A stretch of DNA of 64,000 bases, taken from positions 248,001 through 312,000 of the forward strand of contig OZ251241.1 in assembly GCA_965240325.2 (NCBI GenBank), in the 5' to 3' direction. The number at the start of each line of letters is the position of its first letter. The stretch's first letter is position 1. The notes under the pieces are model-generated. The model ran no database searches. It was not told the origin of the DNA and worked only from the letters and a program-made list of their open reading frames with translations. The DNA comes from Rebecca billardiae RCC1528 (lineage: Eukaryota; Protista; Haptophyta). Both the position numbers and the translations under genes were made by a program. Below are positions 1-13,300 of this stretch, piece by piece.

Positions 1-751
1 AGGGCGCGGGCTGTGCGCGCGCGTGACGCCGCGGCTGCCAGCTGCACGCGCGCGCACGGCCGCGCCTCCGCCCGCCTGCCTTGGCGTCGACTTGGCCGGG
101 TGCTGCTGCGCGCCTCGCCGGAAGCCTCTGTGCCCGGTCGTCGCCGCACGCCGCGCGCCCCGTTTGGGCCGCTGGTGGCGAGGCAGTGCCGGGCTGCTGC
201 ACGGATGACGCCTCGGCCTCCTCCCGCTCAGCCGCTGGGCCCGGGGCCTGGCCCCTGGGCCTGGCCCAAGATCATGACTGCCACTGAGACTACTGTGACG
301 ACGACGATGGATCTTGATACTATGGTGAGCAGATGCTCGGGTGTCGTCAGGACGGGGTGCCGTCCGTGACTAGAAGTGTGCCGTCATTGCTAGAAGACGC
401 CGTAGCCTCTGGCGGCCATTCCGTAAACTCCAAAGCCGTGCAGGCCGCGCTGCCGGCGGTGCTGTGAGTGCTGGCAGCTGCGGCAGGCTGGTGCGCCTGC
501 ACTGCAGTACGCAGCACACGCGCGCCGGCTGGCGCCTGATGGCGGTCCTCGCCGCACGTGCGCTCTTCGCTGATAGGGCCGCCTTGTGACAACCGCCTGC
601 CCGCGGACGGCTCCGCCATGCGCCCGGCTGGCCGCGGCGTCAGGCCGCGAGCGCGTGCGCGTCGCGGCGCCGTGCGCTGTGCGGGCTTGTGCCGGCTGGG
701 CGCGGGGCCGCCCACGGCCCCGCACGCGCCGGCCTCTGAGCCGCTGCGGGC

Positions 752-1996
752 TCACAAGAAGTAGGGCACCACGGAGCGCGGCGGCGTGGCGCCCGTGTTC
801 GCCTCGACCTCCTTGAAGATGGCGTACGACTTGTTGTGCGCCTCGTCGATGGTCTGCGCGCGCGGTGGCGCAGCGGCGGCGGCGCGTCTCAGCCGGGCGC
901 TTGTGTGCGAGCTGGCGCGCGCGGCGCGAGCGCGCGCGCACCAACAGTGCGGCGACGTTGCCGCAGCGGTAGCAGTAGTTCGGCGCGGACCAGACGGTGA
1001 CCAGCGTCTTGTTCGGGAAGGCGTACTTGTACCCCTCCTGCACCAGCTGGTGCGCGCGCGCGATCAGCTCGAGGCCGTTCAGCGCGTTGAACTCCTGCGT
1101 CACCTTGGCCCCAAACAGCCAGCCTGCGCCGCGTGGCGACACCGCCCACGCCTCGACGTCGTCTGGGTCGGACCACATCAGGTCTGCGCGCACCGCAGCG
1201 GCGGGGGCGGGCGCGGCGTGAGCGCGGCGTCGCACGCGCGCGGCGCCCCGCGGCGCGCCCCGCCCGCCCCCGCGCCCAGAGCCCCCGCCGCCCCGCGCGC
1301 GGCGCCGCACCGCAGAAGGCGCCCTCGTGCGGGATCTCCTGTGTGCGCTCGATGGTGCGCATCTGGTCGAGCGTCTTCACGTCGGGGGAGAGCCCGCCGT
1401 GCACGCACAGGATGCAGCCGTCGACGAGGGCGGCGAGGGGGCACCAGTCGAAGACGTCGGTGGTGTACTTCCACGGGTTCGCGTTGCCGTACTTGCGCTG
1501 GCACTCGTCGTAGAAGCCGTACACCTGCGTGATCTGGCGCGACTCGTGGTTGCCCCGCAGCAGCGTGATGCGCGACGGGTGGCGCGCCTTCAGCAGCAGC
1601 AGCAGGGTGATCGTCTCCACCGAGTTGTACCCGCGGTCGACAAAGTCGCCCTGCGCGCGCGCGCGCGCGCGCGGTAGCACGCCGGCACGCGTGAGCCTCG
1701 CCCCCGCCCGCGCACTCCGCCCCGCACGCACGCGCGCGCGCGCGCGCGCCGCCCACCATGAAGATGTAGGAAGTGTCCGGGCACTTTCCGCCCGTGCGGA
1801 AGAGCTCGAGCAGGTCGTGGAACTGGCCGTGGATGTCGCCGCAGATGGTGACGGGCGCGGCGACGGGCTGCACCGTCGACTCCTCGAGCATCAGCTCCTT
1901 CACGTACTCGCACAGCCGCTTGTACTCGAGCTCAGGCAGCAGCTCCATGCGCTCGATCTTCTCGATCCACTCGTCCAGACCGCGGCGCGCGGCCAT
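752..1996 (-). CDS. PPP6C: Serine/threonine protein phosphatase 6 (PP2A-family, PP6/Sit4/FyPP-like) catalytic subunit; 4 exons, introns 1651-1756, 1184-1310, 854-941
   Basis: Motifs [24 protein letters not shown] and [11 protein letters not shown] are reconstructed across three GT-AG introns. The C-terminus VPYFL* is typical of PP6/FyPP. Confidence 0.92.
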
Positions 1997-3321
1997 GGCG
2001 GTGGGCCGAGCGCGCGACAGCGGGCCGCGCGCGCGCTCGATTAGCGACTCGCACCACGCGCCGGCGCGCCGGTGGCGGCGCGGCTGGCGGCTGGGTGGCG
2101 GCGGCAGAAGCGGCGATGCACGCGCCGCGAGGTCCAGCGGCAGGCCCTGCTGGTCGTTCAGTGACTCAGGAACTGCGCGCGCCGATCGTCAGCGGCGTCA
2201 GGATACCTTCCACGATGGCGGCGGCGGCGTTCCGGTGGGCGGTGCTTTGTGCTCGGCCCAAGGGGGTAATGGACAAGACCATACCGAAGAGCGCGGCTGA
2301 CACTGCGAGACCCTTGCCGGGCCGGCTCGGCCATGCGTGCGTGGTTGCTCGCCGCCGACCCCGTGCCGGCTGCGCCGTTGAACAGCGCGGCAGGGCGACC
2401 CCGCTGTGCGGGGCGCGGCACTGCGCCTCATCTATCCGCGCGCCGTGGCAGCGAGGTAAGCTGGCACAGCCTGCACATGACCGGGCTCCGGTGTCGGAAA
2501 TAGCCAACAGCAGCAGTAGCAGCAAGGCTGACAACGGCGCGCGCACGCGGCTTGGGGCATTGCGAGCCCGCGCAGCGAGTGACGGCGATGCAGCCCGAGC
2601 GCAGGGCGAGCACTGCCAAGCTGCCATCACCCCCGATTCTTGTCGTAGACCGGACCCGGCGGCCATGGATTGACTGCTCACACCAAGGCGCAAGCTCAAC
2701 TATGGCTGTCCTCGGTACGCGAGTGCACCGATACATTCCTTGCCCCAGCGCGTGCTCCGTGCTCCGCGGGCCGATCCGTGCATGCCGGCAGGCAAACTTG
2801 GGTCGCCACGGTTGCCTGAGCCTCCGTTTCGGTCGTCGACTCGATGGTTTGGGGCGCTTGCACACAAGACCGCGCACGCGCTCCCCTCGGAGGCCCTCGG
2901 TCCGTTGATCCGACGGCGCTGAGCGGCCGTCGGCGGGCCTGGATGCCTCCTCCATCTTGGCAACAATGGAGGTCGTCCGCCGTCTGGAATAACTCCGGAT
3001 TCGCCGACGAAACCCGGTTGTCTCAACCGCCACGAAGCTTGCCAAAGGACCAACCACAACTCGTGCATGGGCGGAAGGCGTGCAACCGGTACCCGTGTTT
3101 CTGATGAGATTGGGTATGTGCACTATGTAGTGGGCGTTTGGGTCTGGAGTCTGGACCAACCTGTCCAGGCGCCCAGCCAAACCTGAAACCAGCCGGCCGG
3201 CTGGTGGAAGGAGCCGAGGGTGGGACCAGCCTTGCCCACCCGTGTGGACGCCAACCAACACTCCGTCCGCGCGCAGACGGCGGAGCAGGCGAAGGGCGTG
3301 AGCAGCTCCAGACCGGGCAGA

Positions 3322-5085
3322 ATGCCCGGCGTGATTGAAGGCGGCGCGCCACCACGCGTGGACGCGTGGGGCGGCGGGGCTGCGCAGGGCGCGGCGACGG
3401 CCGCGGGCGCGCCGTGCGCGCTGTGCGGCGCGCCGGGCGCGGCCAAGCGGCTCGAGCCGTGCGCACACCTGGCGTGCGGCGCGTGCGTGACGCAGCTGAG
3501 GCGGCAGGCCATCTTCACCGCGGAGAAGGGCACGCGCTGCCCCGCGTGCCAGCGCCCCGTGCACGCGTACGTGGACGCACACGGGCCACAGCACGCGCAG
3601 GAGGCGACCGCCAGAGGCGGCGGTGCGGCGCGTGGCGTGGGGAGCGGCGGGGGCGCGAGCGACGCGGGCGCCAACGGGCGGCAAGCGAGTGGGCGTGGCC
3701 CCAAGGCCTCCGGGCGTGGCGGCACGACGAACGCGGCGCGCTCTGGCGCGAGCGACGCCGCGGCCGCCTCTGAGCGGCGCGAGCGCGCTGCGGCTGCGGC
3801 GGCAGCGAACGGCGGACCGCCCAAGCTGGCGGATGCGGAGAAGAACGCTGAGCCGTGGATGTACAAGACGAAGATATGCAAGCGATGGTCCGCCACGGGC
3901 TCCTGCTCGTACGGCGACAACTGCTGGTTTGTACGCGCAGCGCGGCGCACGCGCGCGGCGAGCGTCGTGCGTGCGGCGCCGGGCGGCGCTACGCTGGCGC
4001 CGGGCCACCTCGCGGCGCCCCAGCCCAGCACCAACGCGCGCCCCCGCGCACGCACGCGCCTCGCGTGCGCCGTCTCGTCCGCCGACCACCCGCGCGCGCA
4101 GGCGCACGGGCAAGAGGAGATGCGCAGGCCAGGCTTGCGCCCCAACCCGGCGGGAGCGGGCGCGGGCGCCGCGCCCGCGACAGCTGGCGGCGGCGGCGGC
4201 GGCGGCGGCGGGCGCTCCTCCAACGCGTCGTCAACAGGGGTCTCGGCCGAGCGCGCGTCGGCCGAGTTGGCCGAGGCCGAGCAGGCGGGTCCGGGTGGCG
4301 GGCGCCGCTCGTCCGGCGGGAGCGACCGGAGCGGCCCCTCGCAGCAGCAGCCGCAGCAGCAGGGGGAGAATCGTCGGAGTCACGCGAGCGCTCGCGCGGC
4401 AGCCGGTAACGGAGGCGGCGGCGGCGGCGGCGGGGCGAGCGCGCGCACGGCGGGCTCGGGAGGCGCGCGCCCAGCGCAGCCAGCGCAGGCACAGCCAGCC
4501 GCGGCGCCGAGCGCGTCGCGCCGCGACGCCCGGCGTGGCGGGCAGCAGCCGGCCGCGGCCGCGCCAGGCGCCAGCCCCTGTGGCGAGGCAGCGGGCGGCG
4601 GGTATGGCGCGCAGCACCCGGCGGCGGCTCCGATGGCGCTGATGGGCGCGGTGGCGCAGGACGGGGCCGAGCTGATACGCGCGCAGGCGGGCGTGCTCAG
4701 CCTGGCTCCCCCCGCCTCGCACCCGTACCAGCAGCCGGCGCCGCAGCAGCCGGCGGCGCTGAGCGCGCCTCCGCCCACTGAGCTGCGCGAGCTCTGGACG
4801 CCGCGCGCACCGCCGCTCGGGCCAGCCGAGACGGCGGCGGCGGCGGAGGCGCAGGCGCGCGCGGACAGCGAGCTGGCCGCGTCTGACGCCTCGGGCGGCG
4901 AGCTGCTCAGCCTCGAGCTGCTCTCCGCGCAGACGCAGCGACTGAACGAGGCGCTGGGCGAGGGCGGTGGCGGCAGCCACCACCGCGGGCAGCGGCACGG
5001 CGTAGGGAGCGGCGCGGAGCAGTGGCCGCCTGGCTGGGCCGCGCCACTGTCTCACGGGCTGGCGCCCTCGTTGCAGCAGCAGCAG

Positions 5086-5143
<58 letters not shown>

Positions 5144-5166
5144 TTCAGCAGCAGCAGCAGCAGCAG

Positions 5167-5203
<37 letters not shown>

Positions 5204-5586
5204 GGCAGCAGCATCAGCAGCAGCAGGCCGAGGCGGCGCTGCAGCAGCTGCAGCTGCCGCACAGCCCGCGCGCGCCCTCGTGCGCTGGCTCATCCATGCA
5301 CGGCAGCAGCGCGTCAGCGGCCGCCTCGCCCGCGCTGCAGGCGGCGGGCTCGCCGCAGCCGGTCGGCGGGGGCTCGGCCGTGGGCGGCGCTGTGGGCGGC
5401 GTGGGCAGCTTCTCGCTCTGGGGCGCGCCCGGGCCCTCCGCCGAGGCGGGAGGCGGCAGCGGCGGCTCGTCCGACCGCCGCTCCCCCCTCTGCTCGCCGC
5501 TTACCTCGCCGCAGAGCTGCGCGGCGCCGGGCGGCGCGCTGGGCAGCCTGGCCTCCCTGCCTGTGCTGAGCCCGCTGCCGCCCGCT

Positions 5587-5617
<31 letters not shown>

Positions 5618-5895
5618 CGCCGTTGGGCCTGGGCGCGGCGCTCGGTCCCGGATGGCCCACGGGCGCGCCCACGTCCGTCGGCCACGAGCCTCCGCACGGC
5701 CTGCTCGGGCCGGGCGCGGGCGAAGGCCCCTCCTCCGCCTTTGGCTGCGCTCCGTGCGCGCCGCAGCACAGCAGTGCGGCCGTGTACGGCGCAGGCGCCA
5801 TGCTGCCGCTCTCCGCGCACGCGCACGCGCACGCGCACGCGCACAGCGCAGGCGCGGCCGGCGGCGCGCCCGCGCTGTGGGGCTGGCGCGGCTGA
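3322..5895 (+). CDS. RING finger + CCCH zinc-finger protein with polyQ and low-complexity tail; in-frame intron 3931-4101
   Basis: RING motif CALC...PCAHLACGAC...CPAC. YKTKICKRWSATGSCSYGDNCWF|AHG gives a CCCH finger once a GT-AG intron is removed. Start ATG is uncertain. Confidence 0.8.
5074..5226 (+). repeat. (CAG)n coding repeat, about 51 codons of polyQ interrupted by W/L/H
   Basis: Direct reading of the tandem CAG run. Confidence 0.97.
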
Positions 5896-6607
5896 CTGAC
5901 GCGTGTCGCGTGAGCAGCAGCCCGGACGGAGGGCGGCCGGACGGCGGATCGGCGATGGCGGCGCGCCCAGGGCCGGGCCGCCTAAGGACCGCCTGGCGCG
6001 CGCGCGCGCTCGGCACCCAGGAGGCCTTTGGCGCAGGGCCTGCGACCCCGGGGCCGCGCGCCACTCCGAGCAGCTACACTCGCCTACTGGTACAGCACCA
6101 TGCAAAGCTCGGCGTCGGAACCTGTCGTGCGTTTGGCCGCGTACGACTACGAGTAGAGAGGCGACCGTCCGCCCGGACTTCCTTGAAACGCGAAGCTCAA
6201 GCTCGGACTGGCACTGGCGGACCGTTCGGAGTTCGGACTCGCCAAGTCCCTGCCCGTGCCATGGCGCGGTCCGCGGCGGCGAGTGCGGCCCGTGCCATGT
6301 CATGACGGCTACTGTCTGGCCTGCCGGACTACGAGTGACCGAGTCGGCGTAGCTTACGACTACGCGCCTGGCGGAAGGACTACCGCACTACTGAGCCGTG
6401 AGCGGCACCGTCTGCACCTGTGTCCGTGACCGGGGCGGACTGGTGCCCACGGCGTAGTCACACGGTCAGTGGTCACTAGACGGGCCGCGTGTCCCCGCGC
6501 CACGGCCAGTATATATTAACTATATTATATTATATTAACTTAAGGCCGAGGCCGCCCGCCCAGCCGCCGCCGCAACTCGTGTAACTGTAAGTGAGATGAT
6601 CACTGTA

Positions 6608-8543
6608 TAGCCTGGTCCAAACGCACTGGAGCACTTTCGGGGATTTTATCGCCAAATGAACGCGGGCCCCTAGGCACGCGCTCACACCCGGAAACAGCGT
6701 AACAAATGGGCCCAGCCCGGGCGCAGCAAAAGTTTCGGCCTAAAAATCGCATCCGTGGCCCGTCGTGAGCGTGCGCGCGCGCGCCGCGGACAACTACGGA
6801 CACATAGAGAATCGTCAGTCCGAATGTGGGTAAGTACTTAGCCTAAATGAGCCCAAACGCACGAACTTACTTATTGGCGTACGTCGAGGCGAGCATGAAC
6901 CCTGGTACAGGCCATTAGGATGGGCTGTGGTCTGTGCGCAAGTGGCCGTACTCAACTACTGCAAGATCGACTATATTACCCATTTATACCCGCATATTAT
7001 GGGCAATGTACCCGCATACGTATGAGTTCTGGACCTGTATAATTAAAATACCACTATGTCGTTACATATTCGCCATAGGTGGGTAGCTGTCCCAGGCTGC
7101 ACGATTAGTGCGGCGCTCGGGGTGCAGTGGTCGGACGAGGCTCCGCCTGGCCTTCCGCGCACTCCTGCAGACAAGAAGAGGGCCGGACTCCCACCCGGCC
7201 AGGCGTGCGGCAGTCGGTCAGGTGCTGGACCTGGTCTGGAGACCATCTCCTGCGTGGCAACTGGCCGATCTGCGGCACAACGCGCGCCGCCGTGAGCCAC
7301 ACGGCAGGTTCGCAATGGATCCGGATCGCGTGTCCATGGCGGCGTGCATCGAGTATTTCAAGCTGCCAAGTCGCGTGCCACGCCCGCCCTTTCACTTGGG
7401 GCATCAGTACTGCCTACAACGACGACATGTGCGTCCTTAGATGAGGCATAATCGCGATTCTAGCTGCCCGTCCAAGGGTCAGATCGCACGTCTTTGCTCG
7501 CCCGACAGCCTCAACGGCGGACTGATGTGATCCGCGGGTGACGATGCGACCGCTTCGAGTGCGCCTACGGCAACCACCGGGGTGGGGATCGTTCATGGGC
7601 ACCCTCTGCGTGCCATGACATGCTCTGGCCTTGCGTGGTGACTTGGCCCACCGCGCGTAAACGGGAAAGACACCCGAGCACGTGCTTCCGAGCCACCCGA
7701 ATGGCACAATGTGCCACCCATGGACACCAAACACGTGCCAGAGCGCGAGCCTTGCGTGCTGGAGTAGCCGCACGACACCAAGGAAGACGTATGAGCGCTC
7801 TCAACCATCTTCAAGCGACGACTCCGTCGACTCTGCCTCGCAGACCGCGGTACGATCCTCGACCTTGTGCTCGCAGCAAAGGCCATGACGGTAAAGCAGC
7901 ACCCAGGCGATGGGAGTCAGCCGGCAGCCACTACACTGCGACTGTACACACCCAACCCCGCAAGACGAGCCATCCTGCTCGCCACCAGCCCGTCATACAG
8001 CTCCACGAGGAGCACAAATCGACAGCCGCCGCTCAGGACGACCCATGCGCAAACGTGACGGGACTGGCCGGATGAAGCGTTGGCGATGCGCAGCGCGCCC
8101 AACGCTGGTGGTGGCATCGAGTACATGCTAGGGGTAGGCGGTGGCCCACACGAGCCGTCGCGTGGCCCGCATATTACCCGAGGTGGCCCGTCTCGAAGGC
8201 GCCGCGCAACCCAGCAGGTGAGCGTTCGACGCGCGCCGTCAGGCGAGAAGTCGACCTGGCGACGGACCGCGGGCGGCGGAAGCAACGCAGACATGTCGCT
8301 CAAGGTGTGCACGCACACCACCGGGGCACCCGAACGATGTGTCCAGCACTACACCTGACATGAGGCGGCGCAGTCGTCCAGTCGAGGCTCTCGAGCCCCT
8401 TCCCGACCTTCGTCGCGGCGAGCCGTCGGACGGCCGGTGGCGATTTTTGACAGCGCGACGAGCGACTAGAAAATCGGGAGAAATCAGGCGCCCAAAATCC
8501 GAAAAGGCTTTTTCACTGGCGAAAATCGGGATGGACCAGGCTA
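6608..8543. mobile_element. Probable non-autonomous DNA transposon, 1,936 bp, 12-bp TIR TAGCCTGGTCCA, 7-bp TSD CACTGTA
   Basis: CACTGTA|TAGCCTGGTCCA at 6601-6619 and TGGACCAGGCTA|CACTGTA at 8532-8550. The interior is lower in GC and has no credible intact ORF. Confidence 0.8.
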
Positions 8544-9163
8544 CACTGTAACGGCCGGACGGGCCGCGGGCTGACGAACCGGCCGTGCCCGCATCACTTA
8601 ATCCCGGGCGCTCGGCGCCCGGGCGCCGGCTGGCGGGTCGTCAGTGTCACCGGTCTCGTCACCGGGACACCGGGTCCGGGACACGGCGGTCTGCCGGTCG
8701 CCCACTGTGCGGCCACTGGCCGACTGCGGGCCACCGGAGTGCAGCGGCGGCCCGGCCCCGCGCGGCCCGCCCGGCCCCGCGCGGGCCGGCCCCGCCCCCG
8801 TCACGACTCACGGCGTCACGCCGTGCCCGGCTAACTAGTATAACTCATTAACTGGGCACTGTCAGTTGATTAGTTACAGGCACTGTCAGTCCGTAGCTGT
8901 ACATATATAGTCTTATTTAGTCACTTGAGTTGTAGTCGCCGCCCGATGCCATAGCAGCTACACGTAGTGCCGTGCCACTATGATGATGCATAAGTACCGA
9001 TGCCATACTCATACCGAGCACTTACTGGGAGTGAGTCCAACCTCTAAGACGAGATTGACGACTGAGCACTGCAGTCTGCTGCTGCTGACCTCCGTCTCCT
9101 GGCGGCCGTCCTCTCGAAGTCTCGAACCGGAAGGTTGATGATGAATGATGATGGATGCTGATG

Positions 9164-10673
9164 ATGGGAGCAGAAACGACGGTTACGCGCGTCGCGGAAA
9201 GTTGGGCGCCTTTTGGCCGAAAACGTATTGGGAGCGTCATCGACTCGAAACAGGCAAACAGACTGCTTGCAGGGGCTGCCGCGCTGGACGTGCCGAGTGG
9301 CGCCGCGACGATGGGCAGCACGCTCGAGGAGAACGTGGCGTGGGACCTGCGCCAGCCGCCCACGGACCAGCACATCTCGTCGCGCTGGCCCCACAGCAGC
9401 AGCACCACGTGGCACTCCGCCTCGCGCAGCTCGCGCTGGGGCGACTCGTCTGCGCGCTCGCGCGCGCGTGCACGCACGCGCTCGCGCTCGCCGCCCGCAA
9501 GCGCGCGCACGCTGGAGCCGTGGGGATCGGCAAGTGGCAGCCCATCGGGCACGCGCTCGCCGTCGTGGATGCGGCGGACCGCGCCCGCCCGCTCGTCGCT
9601 CCGCGCGCCCGGCCCGGCCCCCGCTGTCGGCTACCGTCGGCCCGCGCCGGCCGTGTATGCTGCGGGCGTTCGGCAGTCGGGCTTGGCGCTGGCGCAGAGC
9701 TCGTCCGTCACGGCGGAGCTGGTTGACGAGCTGCAGGCCGAGCTCGCGACGCTCCGGCAGCAGTGGGAGCACGGCCGGCTGAGCGAGGCCGAGCTCCTCG
9801 CCAACGCGGAGCGGCTCGCCGCGTGGGTGCGCTCTGCGGGCACTGAGAATGAGCAGCTGCAGCACACGGTGGCGCAGCTGCGCACCGCGCTGCTGCACGC
9901 GCGCACGCAGCTCGCCGAGGCGGAGGACGACGCGCGCACGCGGGTGCGCGCGCGCGGCGGGACGCGCGCGCGCTCGCCCCGCCCCGCCCCGCCCCGCGCG
10001 CGCCTCAGCCGCGCCCCCCGCCCCCTGCCCTCCGCCTGCGCCGCGCGCCGCTGCTGCGGCGCCGCAGGCGGCTGACCTTGGGCCCCTGCTGCAAGCGCTG
10101 CGCGTGGCGGTGGACGAGGCCAACGCCCTGCGCGCGCTGAGCGAGGTGCAGCAGGCGCAGATCGACGAGGACCTGGCCGCCTCGCTGCACGCCGGCCGTG
10201 AGCCCTACGGGTACCGCGCGCACGCGGAGGGTCAGGGTGCGTACGGCGCGCCTCTGGAGGGCGCGTGGGCGGAGCAGGCGTACGGCCAGTCCTACGGCCA
10301 GGGCTACGGGCAGGGCTACGGGCAGGGCTACGGGCAGGGGTACGGGTATGAGCACCCGCGCGGGTACGGGGCGGAGGGCGCCGTGCTGCTGCCACGCGGC
10401 GGGTACACGCCCGTGTACGCCGAGCCCCCCGGCGAGGCCGCGTGGGGAGCCGAGCGCGCGCGTGCGCCGCACCTCCAGCACTGGCAGCACGAGAGCGGCC
10501 ACGGCGCGGGGCGCGGCCTCGAGCACGGCGCGGGGCTGTACTGGAACGAGCCCGCGGCCGACGAGGGGTACTGGGTGTACCACCAAGCCGCGCAGCCGCA
10601 GTACGCGCACCCCGGGTACGACGAGTACGCGTACTACTACGCCGAGGAGCAGCCGGCCGAGTTCTATTACTGA
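9164..10673 (+). CDS. Uncharacterised coiled-coil protein with Tyr/Gly-rich (GQGY repeat) C-terminus; intron 9944-10067
   Basis: A GT-AG intron joins the 9155 and 9849 frames (DDARTR|AADLG). Heptad-like central region. Start uncertain (9164 or 9311). Confidence 0.6.
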
Positions 10674-12599
10674 GTACTGACGTGAGATCTCCTACTGACC
10701 GGCGTCCTACGACTGACGAGCCGCGCGGTACTTGAGGTCTGGACGCGTTCGCATGCAGCCTTTCCCCTCGCGCGCCGCTGGCGCAGCTGGTGCGTGCGGC
10801 AGCGTCGCCGCACCGGCACAGCCGCGGCCGGTCCGACGCGCAGCGCTGACTGTGCCATGCGGGCATGCGGCCCCGGGTGACTCACGTGCTCCGGGCGCAA
10901 GCTTCAGCCCGGTCGGATGCCCACGGCGCTGACGGCCAGCCTCCAGGCTGCAGGCTCTCAGCAGACCGCCTGAACTGGGCCGCGGCTCGGCTCGGCCGCG
11001 ACGCGCCACTCGGACCGAGTCCCGCCCCGCTGGCTCATGATTGACTCGTCATGGAGCCTGCTGCTGCTTGCAGCGCGGCGCCGAGGCACGGCGGTCTGCA
11101 CTCGGTTGCGGCCGACCTCGCCCGCCCTCGGTCGGACGCCCGCGCGGCAGTCAATGGGCAGTGAGTGGGCTGTCTGCCTGCGCGACGTCCGGTCGTCCGG
11201 GCGGTCCGCGGCGCCTGGCCGCTGCCAGCCCTGCCGCCGGGCGGCCGCTGCGGCTGCAACCGTCACCGTGCCGGCGCCCGCGCCCGGGACGTAACGGCGA
11301 GCCAATAAGCCAGCCTGGCAGGTCACGGCCGACGGCGGCGCCCACCGCCGACGGCTACGGGCCCCGCGAGCGGCCGGCCAGCGGCGTCAGGACCGTTGCC
11401 AGGCGTTGACTCGCGTGAGTATTGCTGAATGCTGTATATATAGTGTAAATCGCGCGGCCGCGGGCGCCGCATTTTATCTCGCGCGGACCGTTATCATAAT
11501 CAGTCATGGCCCGCGGTGCAGGGCGGAGCGCGTAGCGTGGAGCCCCGCCGGGGGCCCTCACTACGTTGTCAAAAAGATCTTTTGATCAAAGAAAAGGGGA
11601 CGGGGGACGATTTTTACGGTTGTTGGCGGAGGGTGAGTTTTCGCTTTTTCGAGGGGTAGATAGCTCTCTATCGCAAGATGCGGTTGACGAAATAGGCGCG
11701 CCCGGACGTGAGTAATAAGAAAGATCGAAGGCCGCTGGCCGTCACTTTGTCAGTAAAGTTTAGTCATCGTGTCATCGACGCTATTGAAAACTTGGTCGCC
11801 GGTCCAAGGGCCGTATTGTTTTGACAAAGTGCATGTGCATGGGTCATATACTACGACTGTTTCAAACTGCATGTCGGCGTACCGAGCGCGCTGTTTGCCG
11901 GTTTGCATTATTTTGCGCACGCGGGGGTCTTATTGAAAAAAACCGTAGTAAACTGTAATCACGCCTTAACCAAGTGTGCACGTTAAAACATGGTAAATGG
12001 TAGAATATCGGGTTGAAGAATACTAACGACGAAGCTTTGCGCTCGCGTGGCTCGAGCGCGAGATGGATGAACCTCCTTTGCCATAATATGAAAGAAAAAC
12101 GGGTTACCCGCCCGCCAGCGTCTCGCGACGAGGACGGGTGCCCAAGCGGCAAGCGCGCACATCATGATCATCGCCGTCGGCGGGCCCATCTTCGGCCGGC
12201 TCGAGCTGATGCACATCACGACGCTCAAGCAGGCGCTGTCCGTACCGACGTTGGCGCGCCTCCAGCGGATGGTCGACAAAGCACCCGTGGGCGAAGGAGG
12301 ACCACAATCATGGCCGAGTCATGTCTGTCATCGGAGACGTCGCTGACCTCGCGGCTTCAAATAATAACAATCAAACATCAACCGCTCAGCCGGTTGCCAC
12401 CGCGGCCGAGCGGTGCGCGCTCGCCACCGCGGCCGGCGCTGTGCACGGGCGTGCTGAGCCCGGGCCGCGTGAGCTCGCCCACCTCGCCCGGCGCGCACGC
12501 CGACGCCGCCACCGCGGCTCGGCGGCCGGACTCATCTCAGCCCGCAGCGCTTGCGTCCCCCCGCGGCGGCGCGCGCCGCCGTCGCCGCCGCGCAGGCCG

Positions 12600-13300
12600 T
12601 GCACTCGGTGGATGAGGAGACGGCCCTGCTGCGCGCGGAGCGCTGCGCGCCGCGCGCTGCTCCTGCTGCGGCGCGCAGTAGTCCGCTCGTCCGCCCCGCG
12701 GGCTCGCCACGGAGCCGACGAGCGCGATGACGACAATCGAATGAGCACGAGTGCGCACGGAGGCGCTGGGCGCCGAGCTGGCGAAGCGCGGCGCCGAGCT
12801 CGACGCGCTGCGCGACGCGGCGACGGACGCGCTGGGCGCGCGCGGCGCCCTCGTCGCGACGCCCCGTGCAGCAGCTCGAGCAGCCAGCTGTGGAGTAGAC
12901 GGCCGTCGACTCGAGGGCGCCACCGCGCCGGGTGAGTGAGCACGCACGGGCTCCGCCTCGGTCGGAGGCTGGCTGGCCGCCGCCGTGGCTTCGAGGCCGA
13001 CGCGGCGGAGGAGGCGGCGGGCGAGCACGGTGGCGCGGTGGAGCAGGCGCGCACGCGCGGCGGCAGGCGCGACCCGCCGCTCGCCTCGTTCCACCCCGAG
13101 CTCCGCTCGGTCTCGCCTCTCGGTGCGCGGCTGCGCAGCGCCGTGAGCGCAGGCTGGGGCCGCTGGGGGTGGGGCCAGCAGAGTGGTGCGCGCTCTCGCT
13201 CTGCCGGCACGAGGCGCGCCGGCTGAGCGACCAGCGGCCCGTCGTCGAGCGCGTGGCGCAGCGCGAGCACCTCAAGGCAGGCTCGCCCTGCGCGCGCGCG
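12600..13300 (+). pseudogene. Degenerate coding-like fragment (coiled-coil-like)
   Basis: Coding-like stretches (DEETALLRAER; EALGAELAKRGAELDALRDAATDAL) sit in different frames with stops, and there are no clean splice sites. Confidence 0.35.
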
